Shown: piece after piece, positions 24,658 through 42,785 of the stretch
Numbering within the stretch: position 1 is the stretch's first letter
Layout: the number at the start of each line of letters is the position of its first letter
Assembly: GCA_031835245.2 (NCBI GenBank)
Contig: JAVKOQ020000034.1
Coordinates: 62,001-126,000 of the forward strand
Length of the DNA stretch: 64,000 nucleotides
Source: Balamuthia mandrillaris
Lineage: Eukaryota
Direction: 5' to 3'
The notes under the pieces: generated by a model
Database searches by the model: none
What the model was told of the DNA's origin: nothing
The model's input: the letters and a program-made list of their open reading frames with translations, nothing else
Program-made: the position numbers and the translations under genes

Positions 24658-25282
24658 GCCTCGTCCCTCTCTTCTCTTTGTCGTTCTCTTCTCTTTACCC
24701 ACTTTTATTCCTTTCTATGACTTTTTAACAAAAGAAAAAATGCTACAGGAAGTTGCAGCGACAATACTGAGCATGGCTTCATGTGGTTTATTTATTTATC
24801 TCACCACCCAAGTGACAGGAGGCCACGAAGGTGTGTTTGAACAGCGTTGGGTCATATTCATGGAATTCTTTATATCGTGCTTCTTTCTCTACGACTTCTT
24901 CATCTGGTTCACCTTAGAGGAATCGAAGTTTGTACTTCTCTTTCTTTGATCGTTTCTTTTCTTTATTGCTGGTTTCTGTTGGTCATAGTGGTTCTCTTTG
25001 GCACCTGTGTGCGGGGGATATTACCTTTGTTTCTTGAAAATGTTTCTTTCCTTCATTCTGACTTTTGTACTGCTTGGAGATGGCTATTCTTCTTGCGACC
25101 AATAGCAGTGGTGAACGTGTTGACTATAATGCCAGGATTGGCAGGTCCATTCATCTCTCGTTACTTTTACGGCTTCCTCTTCCTTCGCTTCCTTCGTTTC
25201 CATCTTGCTCTCCTGTCGCTCCGTGATTATGGAGTCACTTTCAAGTTGCTTTTCATCCGCGTCTCGCGTAAGTTCTTGTTCA

Positions 25283-25319
<37 letters not shown>

Positions 25320-25924
25320 TCTTAATTGTGTCTTCTCCTCATTAACTTATTACGACTCTCTCTTTCCTGTTGGTTGTCAGACGACACATTGGTAATCTCT
25401 TCTGTTGATTTTCTTCCTGTTGATTTTCCTTCGCTCACCAAACCGAGCGTTTACAATAGGGAGTAATCATTCTTCTAGTCGCAATCCTGAGCGTTCTTTT
25501 CTGTACAGCCGGATTCATTTTTGTTGTGGAAAACAACTCGTTGAATGAGGATGGCCAAGTGGAAGACTTTCTGGACTCTATATACTTCATTGCTGTAACA
25601 GTAACGACAGTTGGTTTTGGTGATATCACTCCGAAGTCTCGCATAGGCAAAATCGTTGTTGTGCTGTTCATTGTTTGCTCTTTGGCTATTTTGCCCGCTG
25701 CTTTAACCGCTTTGATAGCCACTCTGAAAGATCGTGCACGTATGTCGTTCTATTGTTTTTATTTAGTGGTTTTTTTAAACTAACCAAAAGCACACCACTC
25801 TTATAGATTCTCAGAAGCGGTATACTGGACCTCCTGACCATGTTGTTGTATGTGGCAACTCCTATTCATTGTTGCAGTTTTGGGAAGAGTTATTTCATGA
25901 GGTAACAATTTGTTCTGTACTTTC

Positions 25925-25962
<38 letters not shown>

Positions 25963-26326
25963 CTCTCTCTCTAGCTCACTCGCTCTCTAAAAAATAATTC
26001 TTGCTTAACTGAAATAGGACAGAGAGATATACTTAACAATGAAAGTTGCAGTGCTATATTCTAACAAACTCCCGCCTCGAGTGAAGCAAGTTCAACGCAT
26101 GCCATTTTATTCTCAGAGAGTGACGTTGATTCCTGGCGATCCCACTGTATCATCTCTTTCCTCTTCGTTTTCTTCATGTTCTTCTTTCTCATGTACTTTC
26201 AATCAAACACACCAAAAGGTGGAGCACGATTTAAAGAGATGCAACATCGATAAAGCTCAGGCTTGCTTCGTGCTTCCCTCTAAAGAAAGTGAAGGAAGAG
26301 AGGCACAAGACATGGGTATCTCTCCC

Positions 26327-26373
<47 letters not shown>

Positions 26374-29300
26374 TCAATCCGACAAGACTAGAATCTGACT
26401 CCGCCTGCATTCAGAGATTCTTTTATCAGTTTTTTCTATTCGATTGTACAATCCGGCTATCCCGATTTATGCTCAGATCAATGATTCTCACAATAAGGTT
26501 TTTCGTTCTTTGCTGTTTCTTTTCTTTTTTCTGTTGAGTACCACACTCACGTAGGTGATTTCCATCGTTATCAGATCCTATTGAAAGAAGCTGGAGTCAA
26601 CCAAGTTGTGCCCAGAGAAGAGGTTATGCTTGTACGGTTTACTTTCCTGGTTCGGTCATAACAAATGTACTAATCATTCTTGTAAAAGCGGCTAATGGCG
26701 TATAACTGTCTTTGCCCTGGCATCACCACTCTCTTGAGTAACTTGTTGCGGTCATCGCAATCTGGGAGATCTCGTCGTTTTGACTTTGCTTGGCACAAAG
26801 ATTATGGTTTGTTGTTGTCCCGTTTCGATTTTAAACCAAACTAATAAAAATAATGATAATAATAAAAACAGAGTATGGCCAAGCACATGAGATTTATAAA
26901 TTGGTGCTTCCTCCCGTCCTTTGCAAGAAACCTTTCAATGAAGTTGCAGTGGTATCTATCTTTCGCTCTTGTTATTGGTTATCCTTTTTCTGATTTCATT
27001 CAGTTATTATATCATCAAACAGCTGGTAAAGCTTTGCTCTTTGCGGTTAAAGGAGGCAGCAAACGACCCGAAGACAAAGTGCTCATCGTCAATCCGGGAA
27101 GCAACTACTTCATCAAAGAGGGGGATGTTGGGTATTGCTTCTGTGACAACGGAAAAATTCTACGGGGCATGAGCAATGTCACCAGCGCTAGTCTCAATTT
27201 TCTTTGCGATCAGCTCCGTACCTTCATCGAATGTATCAACAAAAAGTTACAAAACAGAAAGGAACAAGAGGATGGAGAAGAAGTAAAGGGAGAACATGGA
27301 TCTTCTTCTGCGCTTTCAGGAATCAGCCGTACTATCATAAACAAAAGCTCCACAGAAGCAACCGCAAACACAACAAAGAACGAAGAAACAGAAACTGAAC
27401 ATTTGCAAGCTCCAGCGCCATTTTCATCGGGAAGACGAAGAAGCTTGTTTGACCATTTACAACCGGCAACACATTGGAGCAAATCAAAGATATCCGACAT
27501 CAATGCACGCGACAGGAACCCGTTCTATGGGAAAAAGAGTACTTGTTTTCATCCTGTTGTTGTTGTTCTTGCTTTGTTGTTGTTGTCTTATGTTGTTGTT
27601 GTCTTATGTTGTTGTCTTATGTTGTCTTATGTTGTCTTATGTTGTTCTTGTTGTTCTTGTTGCTGTTCTTCTTGTTCTTGTTCTTGTTCGTGTTCTTGTT
27701 CTTGTTCTTCTTTTTCTTTGTCTTCTTCTTCTTCTTCTCTTTGGTCCAAAAAGAAGCAAGACCAGCTGAAAATGCTTTTTCCAATGCCTATGACAGAAGA
27801 AGGAAGAAGCAGAAGGGGCACTTTTGTAACAACTGTGTTTGGAGGAGACAAAGGCAGCAAGCCAGAAATTACTCCAAACAACACCGAGCAAGACAAGAAA
27901 GGCAAGATAAGGTTACTACCGTTACAATTCTTTTTTGTTGCACGAAGATACTAAAGAGCAATCCTGAATGAACGTAACAGAGAGTTGACAGGAATGAACG
28001 TGAAACACAAAAGTGAATCTGAAAACGCAATGAAGAATGTCACTAGCATCATGGGGCCATCAGTTTCCTATACTGCCCGTCCGGTGTCCTACCTCTTTGA
28101 ATCTCCAGTACTGTCTCCGTCGCTTGTTCTGTGCTGCTCTACTGCACTCTTTATGGCAACTTTTCTATTCTAATTTCAACGAAATTTTTTTTATCAAAGG
28201 ACGTTCCAAAAACGCTTGAAGATATAACTGCAGAAGACGTTAGTACGTTGCAACTCAAACTACAACACGTGATACTTTGTGGAAATCTTTCAGGGGTGGT
28301 GCACCTCATTCTTCCCTTGCGAGAAGCCCATCTACAAGTTATTACACCAGTCGTCATTCTTGCACCACAAGGATCTTTCTCTTCCCACAAAGAATGGCTA
28401 CCTATTGTTTCGCTTCCTGAAGTCTATGTTGTCTTTTACGAGGTCAACTATTTTCTCTGTTGCTATCTTCTCTTCGTTGTTCTCTTCGCTTTCTTGTCGC
28501 TTATCATATTTCTTCCTTCCTTTTAGGCACCACTAGACAGACTTGATTTAAAACGTGCAGGAGCTAAAACAGCCGCTAACATTATCATTCAAGCCCGCGG
28601 CAGCAAGGACACGCCTAACCAGGCGTCAGGTGATGCAGAGTCCATTATGATTTACCATCACATCTCCAAAATGGGGCTGGAGGCTACTACAACCATCGCT
28701 CTTGGTAATATTCTTTGTTGTTGTTCTTGTTGTTGTCTTATGTTGTTGTTTTTGTTTGTTCTCGTTCTTCTTCTTCTTTTTCGTTCCTCTTTTCTTCTTC
28801 CTCTCTAGTTTCATTTCGTTGTTCTAATCTATTACCTGATCCTTTGCGAAACAAAAAATAATAATAATAGAACATGCATCCAACGTTAAGTTCTTGAGCC
28901 AAATATCACATCAAAAAAAAGGTGCACGACGCGAAAGAGAAGCAGACTATCTCTTCAATCACATGTATGCATCCGGTGACGCTGTATTTGTAGATATGTT
29001 AGATTACATGCTAGTTGGTGTAAGTCTTCTTTGTTTTTAATATGCTGAAACTTATATTTAACCATGACAATAGGCACTTTTTAATGATCAGCTGTTGCCA
29101 ATATGTAATGCTTTTTACGAAGGACGAATCTTTCAACTCAGCATCAAATTAATGGGAGGAGAGGTACGTTTCTTTCCTTCCTTTCTTCCACTCTTGTTCT
29201 TTGGTTTGATGAGAAGTTTGGTTACACAAATTACAGGGATTGAAGTATAACGAATTCTTCACAAAGTGGACGTTGACTAGCGACATGATTCTATTGGGGC

Positions 29301-30036
29301 TTTATTGCACTCAACAAGATGCCACAAACGCCAAACAGAAGTCATCACGCAGACAAACCCGCTTCCAAACATACAAAGTACCTCTAATACCTCTTTTTCT
29401 TGTTCTTATCGTTCTTTTTTTGTTTTGTTGTGTTGTCATTTCTGTATTCTTTTTCCTTTTGCCTTCTGCCTTCCTCCTTAATCAGCTTGCTCCCTCTTAC
29501 CTCAACAGTCCATGTTGGGTCGGAAGAAAGGAAAAGAAACGACTTCCCACATTTTTCGTTATGTGCTGACTCATCCGCCGCCGGATTACGTGCTGAAAGA
29601 AACCGACAAAGCGTTTCTTCTTTTGGCGGACAGTCAAACGTGGACAATGCTCAAGGAGGAGAGAAGCAAACGCAAAACGGAACGGTTGGCAGAAGAAGAA
29701 AAAGGAAATGGAGAAGAAAATAGAAAAGACAAAGAAGGAGAGGAGATTGAGGTGCACAACGTTGAAGACGAGGAGAACACCGAGGAGGAAGAAGAAGAAA
29801 CTGAAGATGAAAACGGAGAAGAGAAAGAAGGTCATCCGATGATAGTCATAAGTGGCCCAACGGAGAACAAGAAAGACAAAGAAAAGGAAGGAAAAGAAAC
29901 ATCAGAAGAAGATGACGACGACGAAGACGACGACGACGACGACGGAGAAGACTCTGATGATGAGGATGAACACTTTGATGCAGAGTGCTATCCTCTCAAA
30001 CGCTTACAACACTGGGGCCTCGACGAGAGTGGATAG
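24226..30036 (+). CDS. Slo/BK-family potassium channel with two RCK domains; many exons
   Basis: N-terminal TM, S4-like FLRFLRF, pore FLDSIYFIAVTVTTVGFGDITP, RCK1 DHVVVCG..DLKRCNIDKAQACFVL, CPGITTLLSNL, RCK2 HVILCG..DLKRAG, YVLTHPPPDYVL. Confidence 0.9.
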
Positions 30037-30365
30037 CTCTTGTTAAAACTTTGTGTTTCCATTTTTCCAGGAAAACAAAAAAAACAAATAAAAATTGTCG
30101 ACACCTTTATTCTGATTTGTTATTGGTTTCGCCACAATTTTTCGTTTGAAATTCCACTGGCTCCAAGATTTCAAGTCGACATGACATCTGAAACGTCAAA
30201 ACAAAAAAAAAAAGAAAAGAAAAGATTTGCAGTTTTCTTTAGTGGTCCCCCAGGGGTTGGTTGGTCGATTAGCACCTTTTGGTTTTTTTTTTCTTTCTTC
30301 CAAACGAAAAGGAAGGCACTCTTTTGTTCTTTGGTTGGCAAGCAAAAAAAAAGAGAGAGAGAGAG

Positions 30366-35320
<4,955 letters not shown>

Positions 35321-35346
35321 TAATACTATCCTTGCCACTTATTCGT

Positions 35347-35770
35347 CTACTTTATTTTTTCTAAAAGTATAATTATTTTACAGCACTGTATCCAAGCATA
35401 GCCATATTCCACCAAACACTTTGCAACCTCCAAAAGGCGCCAAGGACAGCCGTGTGCTCTCAGCCATAGAAGCACGTCCAGGCGGCCGAATTGTGCAGCA
35501 CAGATAAATGTCTCCTCATCCCAAGGACAGTTATTCTCTCGAGGACAACTATTTGCTTTTGCCCATTGCAACACTTCCAACCGTTCTCTGCAGCGTAAGT
35601 ACATGTGCTCTTGTCCCAAGGGCATCCGTTCTCTCTTATCCACTTCAGCACTTCCGGCCGCTCTCAGCAGCTCTCTCGCACGTCTCCGCGTTCCAAGGGC
35701 TACCTATGCCCACTGCACGGCGGCCAGGGAGCTGCATGCCCACCATAGGCAGAGCTTGCTTCTGATACAG
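35347..35770 (-). pseudogene. Degenerate 'CPW'-type ankyrin-repeat gene fragment
   Basis: SPWNAETCERAAESG, VLKWIRENGCPWDKSTCTYAAENG, LEVLQWAKANSCP, CPWDEETFICAAQFGRLDVLLWLRAHGCPW are spread over three frames. Confidence 0.8.
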
Positions 35771-35958
35771 ATATGGCCTCCACCAAGGTTTGGTAAGGGG
35801 AGGTGCTACCAAGAGGAAAAGTGGTTCTCCCAGAGCCGGCAAAAGCTTGCTTTCGTCTCTTTCTCGTGCTTGTGTGTAACGCACTCACGACAGTAATATT
35901 CATGACGACCTGAATTACACAACATTGGCTGTTGAAGAAAGAAAAAAAAAAGAAAAGA

Positions 35959-36336
35959 ATGAAGTCGTTTGCGCAGGTGTTGGACCTGAAGGACGACCCC
36001 GCCCTCATCCAGGAGTACAAAGAGCTCCACCAGAACGTCTGGCCGGAGGTCCTCCACGCCCTCTCCCAGATCGGCATCACCAAAATGAAAATCTTCCTCC
36101 TGGGCGTGCACCTCTTCATGTACTTCGAGGCCGGCGATGGCTTCGACCCCCAACGAGACTTCCAGCGGTACACCACGCTGACGCCCAAGGCCAACGAGTG
36201 GGACGAGTTCATGCGAAAGTACCAGCAAAAGGTGGCCGAGGCAGCGGAGCAGGACTGGTGGGCGCCCATGGAGGAGGTCTTTGACCTAGAGTCTCAACTC
36301 GCTGCTGCTGCAGCTTCGAAGAAGGGAGACTCTTAA
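35959..36336 (+). CDS. L-rhamnose mutarotase family (RhaM/DUF718), intronless
   Basis: LDLKDDPALIQEYKELHQNVWPEV..GITKMKIF..LFMYFE...EWDEFM..YQ...WWAPMEEVF; 125 aa. Confidence 0.88.
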   Translation: MKSFAQVLDLKDDPALIQEYKELHQNVWPEVLHALSQIGITKMKIFLLGVHLFMYFEAGDGFDPQRDFQRYTTLTPKANEWDEFMRKYQQKVAEAAEQDWWAPMEEVFDLESQLAAAAASKKGDS

Positions 36337-36528
36337 GGAGGAGGAAGAGGAGAAGGAGAAGGAGAAGGAGGAGAAGAAGAAGGAGAAGGAGAAGGAGAAG
36401 GAGAAGGAGAAAGAGAAAGAACTTTAACAAAAGAAGAAAGAAGTGAAAAGTGTTTACAAATAAAATAAAGACAGAAAATAGAAGAAAGAAAGAAGCTGAA
36501 GAGACAGAAGAAGAAGATGGATTATTTT

Positions 36529-36566
<38 letters not shown>

Positions 36567-36583
36567 CTTGTTAACTTTGGAGT

Positions 36584-38212
36584 TTAGCCTTCCATCTCGA
36601 TGGTGTAGTCGTATTCAATGGTTGGAATGACCGCCGATAGAAACTTGAGAAACAGAAATAGATACCTGTTTTTGTTTTGTTTTGGTGTTAGAAAAGAAGA
36701 GGAGACTTTAATGGAAGAGGACAGGGAGCAGAGAAGCAGGGAAGAGAGACAAGGAAACAAAAGAATTGACAAAGCAAGAACGTACTGATCGACCCGAGGC
36801 TCCTTTCCGCTTTCGGCCTGACGCAACACTATCTTCTTCATGACGTTGGCGTGCTTGCAGGGGTGAATGTAGGCACAGGCCACCGACAAGTGAGGGTGGT
36901 TGTCGATGGTGACCGTCTTCTTGGCGTGGTCTTGGCTTATGTCCATGAACACTTCTTTTGGCTTAAGCGGTTGGCGATTCTTCATAAATATGAAAAGTAT
37001 ACCAGTCAGCGTATGTAAACAAATAGAACAACAGAAAAGAGCGAACAAAAGAAACAGAGGAAAAAACAAAGACGAAGAAAATACAAGCGGAGCTACAGAG
37101 AGACAGGGAGAACGCATAGAAAACATAAGGCAAAGAAACTAACCTCGTCGTAACCAAATAGCCAAACTTTTGGCGTTTGATAGTACTTATCATAAGTCAT
37201 GCTGATGTCGTACGTTCTTGTCTTGAGGATGGCGTCTGAGTCTTCCTGTGTTAACGCCGAAGGGTCAGCCTCTTCCTCCACCAGGTTGTCCTCTGCGTCA
37301 AACTCTTCCATGTCAGGGATGTCGTCATCATCGCCGTCTTCTTCACCCTCTTCATCGTCTCCTTCTTTTCCTTTTCCTTTTTCTTCTATCTCATTTGCTG
37401 CAGAAGAGGAAGAGGAGGCGGAAGCTTCTTTCTTGTCTTTGTCATCTACGTCGATTTCGGGAATGTCATCCTCTTCGCCTTCTTTGGTGGCGTTGGCGTG
37501 AGTGGTAATCCAACCAGCGTCTCCATCGATTTCAACTTCTTCGTCTTCGGCTTGGTTGACTGACTTTTCCAACGTTGTGACTCGCATCAAACAAGGCACT
37601 GAAAGAGGAGAATAGAGGAAAGAGGAACCCGAATGAGCAACGAGGAACAGAAGGAGCAAAGGAGAGAGAGAGAGAGAGCGCGCGAGAGAAGAGAGAAGAG
37701 AGAAGAGAGAAAGAACGGAAGAAAATAAGAGGAAGGGAAGCAGAGCAGCGCAGAGCAGAAGAGGGAAAAAATACCATTGTTGGTCTTGAGGAACTGTTTG
37801 TCTTTGGGCAAGTAAGGTACAGCTTTGGCAGGGTCCCCGCTCTCCCACTGCCACGTGGGGCATTTGTACACCAACAAATCTCCAGCTTTAACAAACTGAA
37901 AGTTGTCCAATTTTGTATTTAAATAATAATAATAAAAATAAAAAAGAAGTCGGTGAGTCAAAAAAGAAAAAAAGAAGGAAGAGAGAAGAGAAAAAAAAAA
38001 TCACTTTAGAGTAAATTATTGTAATCTGATCATCAAAACGAAACCAAAAAAAAAAGAGAAAGAAAAAAAAAGGTAGCGTATGGATGTACCTCTTCAGGGG
38101 TTAATACGCCCTCTGTCAAGAACTTGGAGGTGGCCAACGGTCCCGTGACGGAGCTGTAGGTGGTTATGTAGGTCTTGTGGATCTTTTCCTTGGCCTTGTC
38201 GAACCACTCCAT
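36584..38212 (-). CDS. ATG3: Autophagy E2-like enzyme Atg3; multi-exon
   Basis: [47 protein letters not shown], catalytic [27 protein letters not shown]. Confidence 0.97.
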
Positions 38213-38435
38213 GCCGCGTTGTCGTCGTTTCCTTTTCTTTCTTTTCTTTTTTTTTGCTCGTGTCGACCTTACTAGACGAAAAATGGAAAGTTCCAGATCC
38301 AACTGCACCAATCAACGAACGACTTTGAATCACATGTTTTCTTAATTTGGATATGTTACAGTAACATTTTTCTAAATTTAGAAACAATTGGTAACATACT
38401 TGCTAAATACAGACAATCTAGGTGTATCGGGAACT

Positions 38436-40162
38436 TCAGTCGCTCCACTCGTCGTCCGAGTTGAAGTCCTCGTCGGAGCCTCCGCCCTCGGCGAGGTTCT
38501 CCCTTCGAGCGGCCATGGCCTTGGCCAACGTGTCCGCCAACGACGCCCCTTGCTCCTCGTTCAGCTGGCTCAGATCCACCACCGGCCTCTCCTCCGCCGA
38601 TCGCAGCTTGGCATTCTGCAAGCCGGCCAACAGGCTCCCTCCTCCCATGGCTGCCCCTCCGCCTCCGGCCAGAGCAGTTGGAGGGGGCGGGGCGGCCGGG
38701 GCAAACCCGGCAGAGGGAGGGGGTGGAGGAGCGGGTCCACTGGCTGGTGGGGCTGGCGGTGGAGGAGCTGGAGCATAGCCTCCCCCGCCCATCGTAGGAG
38801 GCGGAGGCGTTGGAGGCAAGTTGGGGAGTGGAGGGGGTGGCGCTGCATGGTTGCCTGCTGTTGGGTTTAGACCCATTGTGGCTTCCGCCACTGTATCCTG
38901 TTTGTCAAACGTGGTGAGGAAGCCTGGAAGCAGGAAGAAAGGGGAGAAACGGGAGAGGTGGAAAGTAAGGTAACGTAGGAAAGGAGGTGTGCCGTACCAT
39001 GATGAACTTGGCGGTTTGGCCATCACGAAGCTCGCTCTTCTTCACGCCGGCGGCCTGGAAGAGCTTACGCCATTCCGGGGGTATGTTGTTGATCTCAAAT
39101 CCGTTCACCGGATCCCATCCGATGTGGCTATGCGGCGTAACCAAACAGTTGTTTTTTAATAGGTGCACGCACTGCAAACGTTGAGAGGAGCAGAAGAGAC
39201 CTGCAGGAAGAAGGGAGAAATACGAACCTTTCATGCCTAAAGTTGGTAGGACCGCCCAACTCAAGGGTTGCCCCCTCATCAGCGCCCAAGCCCAAAGAGT
39301 CCTGCATCTTCTTGAACCACTTGTTCACCGTCTTCGCTTTGGAGCTGATGATGGTGCTGCCACCTCCGCCGCCCTTGTTCTTTCTTCTGATGATCAACGA
39401 GCCTCTCTTCTTCTGCTCCGGTTGCGGTTGAGGGACTTGAAGAGACGAGGAAGAGGTAGGAGGGGAATAGGTCGGAGAGGAGAGCGAGGTAGGAGGAACA
39501 GTCACGTGGTCCGAAGAAGGAGAAATGGAAGGAACAGAAAGGGATGCAGAGGAAGAAGATGCTCCCGAAGGAAGCGTCAAAGTGTTGGTGGGAGGCACAG
39601 GTCTTGGGGGTAGTGGTGAGGCTGGAACCCCAGGGGCATTTGTGCTTCTGTTGACCATGGTGGAGGACTTGGAGCGCCCTCCTGCTGCCATACCTGCTCC
39701 TCCTCCTGTTGCCATTCCTGGCATCGAGTTTGCCTTCAACATTGGAACTGGAGGCGCAGAAGAAGCGGAGGAAGCAGAGGAAGGAGAGTTCGAAAACGAT
39801 GCTTTTCTGCTGCCCTGAGGACAAACCGCAGAATAAAAGGCTTGTGCCTCAGCCTCGTCAGCAAATGAGAGGCCCATCACGCAGTTATCTCCTTCAAAAG
39901 TGTGAAAGAATGATTCAGGGGATTGATAGTCAAACTCAAGGAAGAGCTCTTGTTGCCAGGTAAGAGCCAGGGTTTCGAGGTTTATGAGGCGGAGGTATCT
40001 GCACCCCTCCTCCGCTACCAGAGCGAGAGCCCCGTATTCGCCGTTGTAGGTCCAGGAGCTTCCTTCAGCGTAGTAGAGCCGTGCCACTGTAAGACTTTGG
40101 ATCTCTCCTCCGGCCGCTTCCCAAATCGAATCTTGCTCTTCGGGGGTTAATAAATGGCTCAT
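38436..40162 (-). CDS. WASP: WASP-family actin nucleation-promoting factor (WH1, CRIB, polyproline, WH2, CA)
   Basis: VARLY..W..FFHTFEGDNCVMGLSFADEAEAQAF (WH1), GPTNFRHESHIGWDP (CRIB), LLAGLQNAKLRSA (WH2), terminal DDEWSD. Confidence 0.93.
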
Positions 40163-40374
40163 CCTTATCTCTTGGCGTTAGGGCTTCGTACGGTGAGGTT
40201 CAGTCGCCCCTTTTGCGGTACAGCTCTTCTCTTGAGCTGTTTTCCCTCCCTCTTCTTTTCTCCTCTCCGTTTTATTGTTTTTTTTTTTTTACGGTGCAAT
40301 AGTTAGCGGAACGGACGCTTTCCAAATTTAGGTTACAGGAATGGATTTCTATTGGCTGAAATTAGTTCCACTCT

Positions 40375-42785
40375 TCACTTCTCTACGAGTTTCTTGGCGA
40401 GGTCAGCGGGGAACATGTCTTGCGTGAACCGCCACAATGCCCACCGTCCGTCCTCGCCGCAGGAACCAACGCGGTCCTTTCCGTTGTATCCAACTCGATA
40501 AATGGGTTGCATGTGTCCTGATGTGAAGACATGCATTGCGGAGCGAGATGTTTTCTGCTTTTGCTCCTCCTCTTCTTCCTTTTCTTCGTTCCAACGCAAC
40601 AATCGCATCGTACGATCCATCGAAGAAGTTATAAATTTGCTTTCGTTGATGACAGTAATGTCCGTGATAGCTGATTTGTGGCCTGAATGAAATCGGTCGG
40701 TGAGGCAGTTAGCCTGTTCTTCGTTCGAAGAAGAAGATGGAAGATCCCAAATGGAAACAAAACCGTCCCATGACGCGGAGAGGAAGCGAGCTTTGTTGGA
40801 AGCAGGTATCCGTTGGATGCTGGAAACAGGAGAGCTTCCAGATGATAACAAGAACAACGGTTTCGATGTGTTTCTTGCTTCCCACACTATTTTTTTTCAA
40901 CAATAAAAGTTAGCGGAAAGAAAGAAGCCGAGATAACAGCTTTTAAATAGGCGAACCTTGAAGGACGTTGTCGACAGCAACAGCAATCAAGTCATCACCC
41001 ACACCAGCAAGAGATCGGATGGGTGCACAACAATCTGTTTCTCCACCTCCAAATGAATGAACCAGCGTTGAAACATTTGGATCCATTACATGCACTCTCC
41101 CTTTGGTGTCTCCACAATAAATCCTTTGCTCCTCTTCTTGTTGTTGCATCAGCAATCGCCAAACGAATGTAGTTTCGTCCTTAACTGTATTGAAAGAGCA
41201 AGAGCTGTCTTGCTGCCCCTTTGTCAAGTCCCATCTTCGTAAAACACCATCCAAACCTGAGCTCCATGCCTTGACTGGGCTTTGCAGCGCTATGGAAAGG
41301 AATGCCATGGAAGAAGGGGATTTTAAAGTGTGCATACAATGAGAGGTGTTGACGTTCCAAAGTTTCAACGACCCATCAGCGGATGCAGTAAGAACTTTCA
41401 TCATGGGATCCACAAAAGCAAAGTCATAAATAGCTAAAAGAAAAATGTTAACATATTTCGAATAAACAAGAATGCAGAGTCTGAAAGAAAAGAAACGTAC
41501 CCGAAGAGTGTCCAGAACAATAACTTACAGTATATCGACTGCCCGTTCTGTCCTTTCTCTCCGTTCTTTCTCTCTCTGGTGGGGTCAAGCAATATCTAAA
41601 CCCGTATATCCGATTTTCTTGATCCTCCTGCCCCTCCTCCTCTCTCGTTCTCTTTGGCAAAATTACCGAAAAGTGAGTTTGACTCATTTCTGGTGCCCTT
41701 ACCGTGAAGGAAGGGCCTATAACTTGACTCGTTCCTTGTCCCAAAGGAAATGGTATGTCGCACCGGACTACTGTCATTCCTCCTCTCCTTTTTCGTTCGT
41801 CTGCTTCTCTGTCTTCTCCGTCGAAAGAGGAAGGATAGGGCGAAGCAGAAGAACAACGCTCCTCAAAGAGACGAGCCATTGTAGTTTGAGAGGTTTGCCA
41901 GGTGGAGAGAGCGAGCGGATCCAGAGCAGAGCGCATGACAGAGCGAGGAGCGGCAATCCATGTCGGGTTCAGCAACAAGTCGGGTTGGTGTTGAAGGTTC
42001 TCAAAGAGGACGTCCTCGTTCTCGATGTCGAAACAGATCATGGTGGCAATGCGACCAAGCCTGGAGGTATCCCATACTCCGACTTTGTCGCCTGGGTGAT
42101 GCTATTGGGGTTGTCAGCGAAGACGAGAAGGGGACGCGAGAACGGAGGAGAGCTGTAGGAAGGGATGACGTACAGCTCCTTCGTGAGTAGGTTTTCGTTT
42201 GCGATAGTAGCCAAGGATGGAGCCATCATCCCCAATAACGACGGAGGTGACATAGGAGCGTCGATCCGTGTATTCATGCATCGTTCCAGCCACTAGACCA
42301 GCAGAACGGAAATGTTTTAAAACCTGTTTCCTAAAGAAAGAAACGACAAGAAAGAAGGTAAGAAAGAAACCTGCAAAGACTGAATGCTTCTCGCAAACAT
42401 GAGCAATAGGTCTGAGAGCAGGACAGGTTTCAAGAGCAGGTTCACCATAGCTGACGTCGCTCAGGCTGTTCTCAGGAAAGATGACAACGTCGGCCTTTCG
42501 GCCCTCCACTCTCTCCTGTTGAGCGAGAAAGCCGTCTAACCCTGCGGCCATACGTTCTCCGTTTAGTGGACATAGCTGCAACACGGTCACCTTGATGTCG
42601 TTGTGTTCTCCTTCCTCTTCTCCCTTCTCGAAAGAAGAGGACGGAAAGAGCTGAAGTTTGTTCACCAATGTGGCTGTCTGCTCGTCGGCAGAAGAAGAGA
42701 AGGAGAAGAAAGACCAAGAGGCCGAAGGGGACCCCAAAATGGTTCGTTTGAGGTCGACCTTAGCGGCTTGCAGCGCTTGTTCCAT
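40375..42785 (-). CDS. Carbon-nitrogen hydrolase (nitrilase superfamily) fused to a C-terminal WD40 propeller; about 5 exons
   Basis: VVIFPE, YYRKRK and MICFDIE supply the E-K-C triad; GHSS|AIY..LTASADGSLKLWN, SASWDGFVSIWD, GHKSAITD, GHMQPIY..GSCGEDGRWALW are WD40 repeats; in-frame GT-AG joins. Confidence 0.82.
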
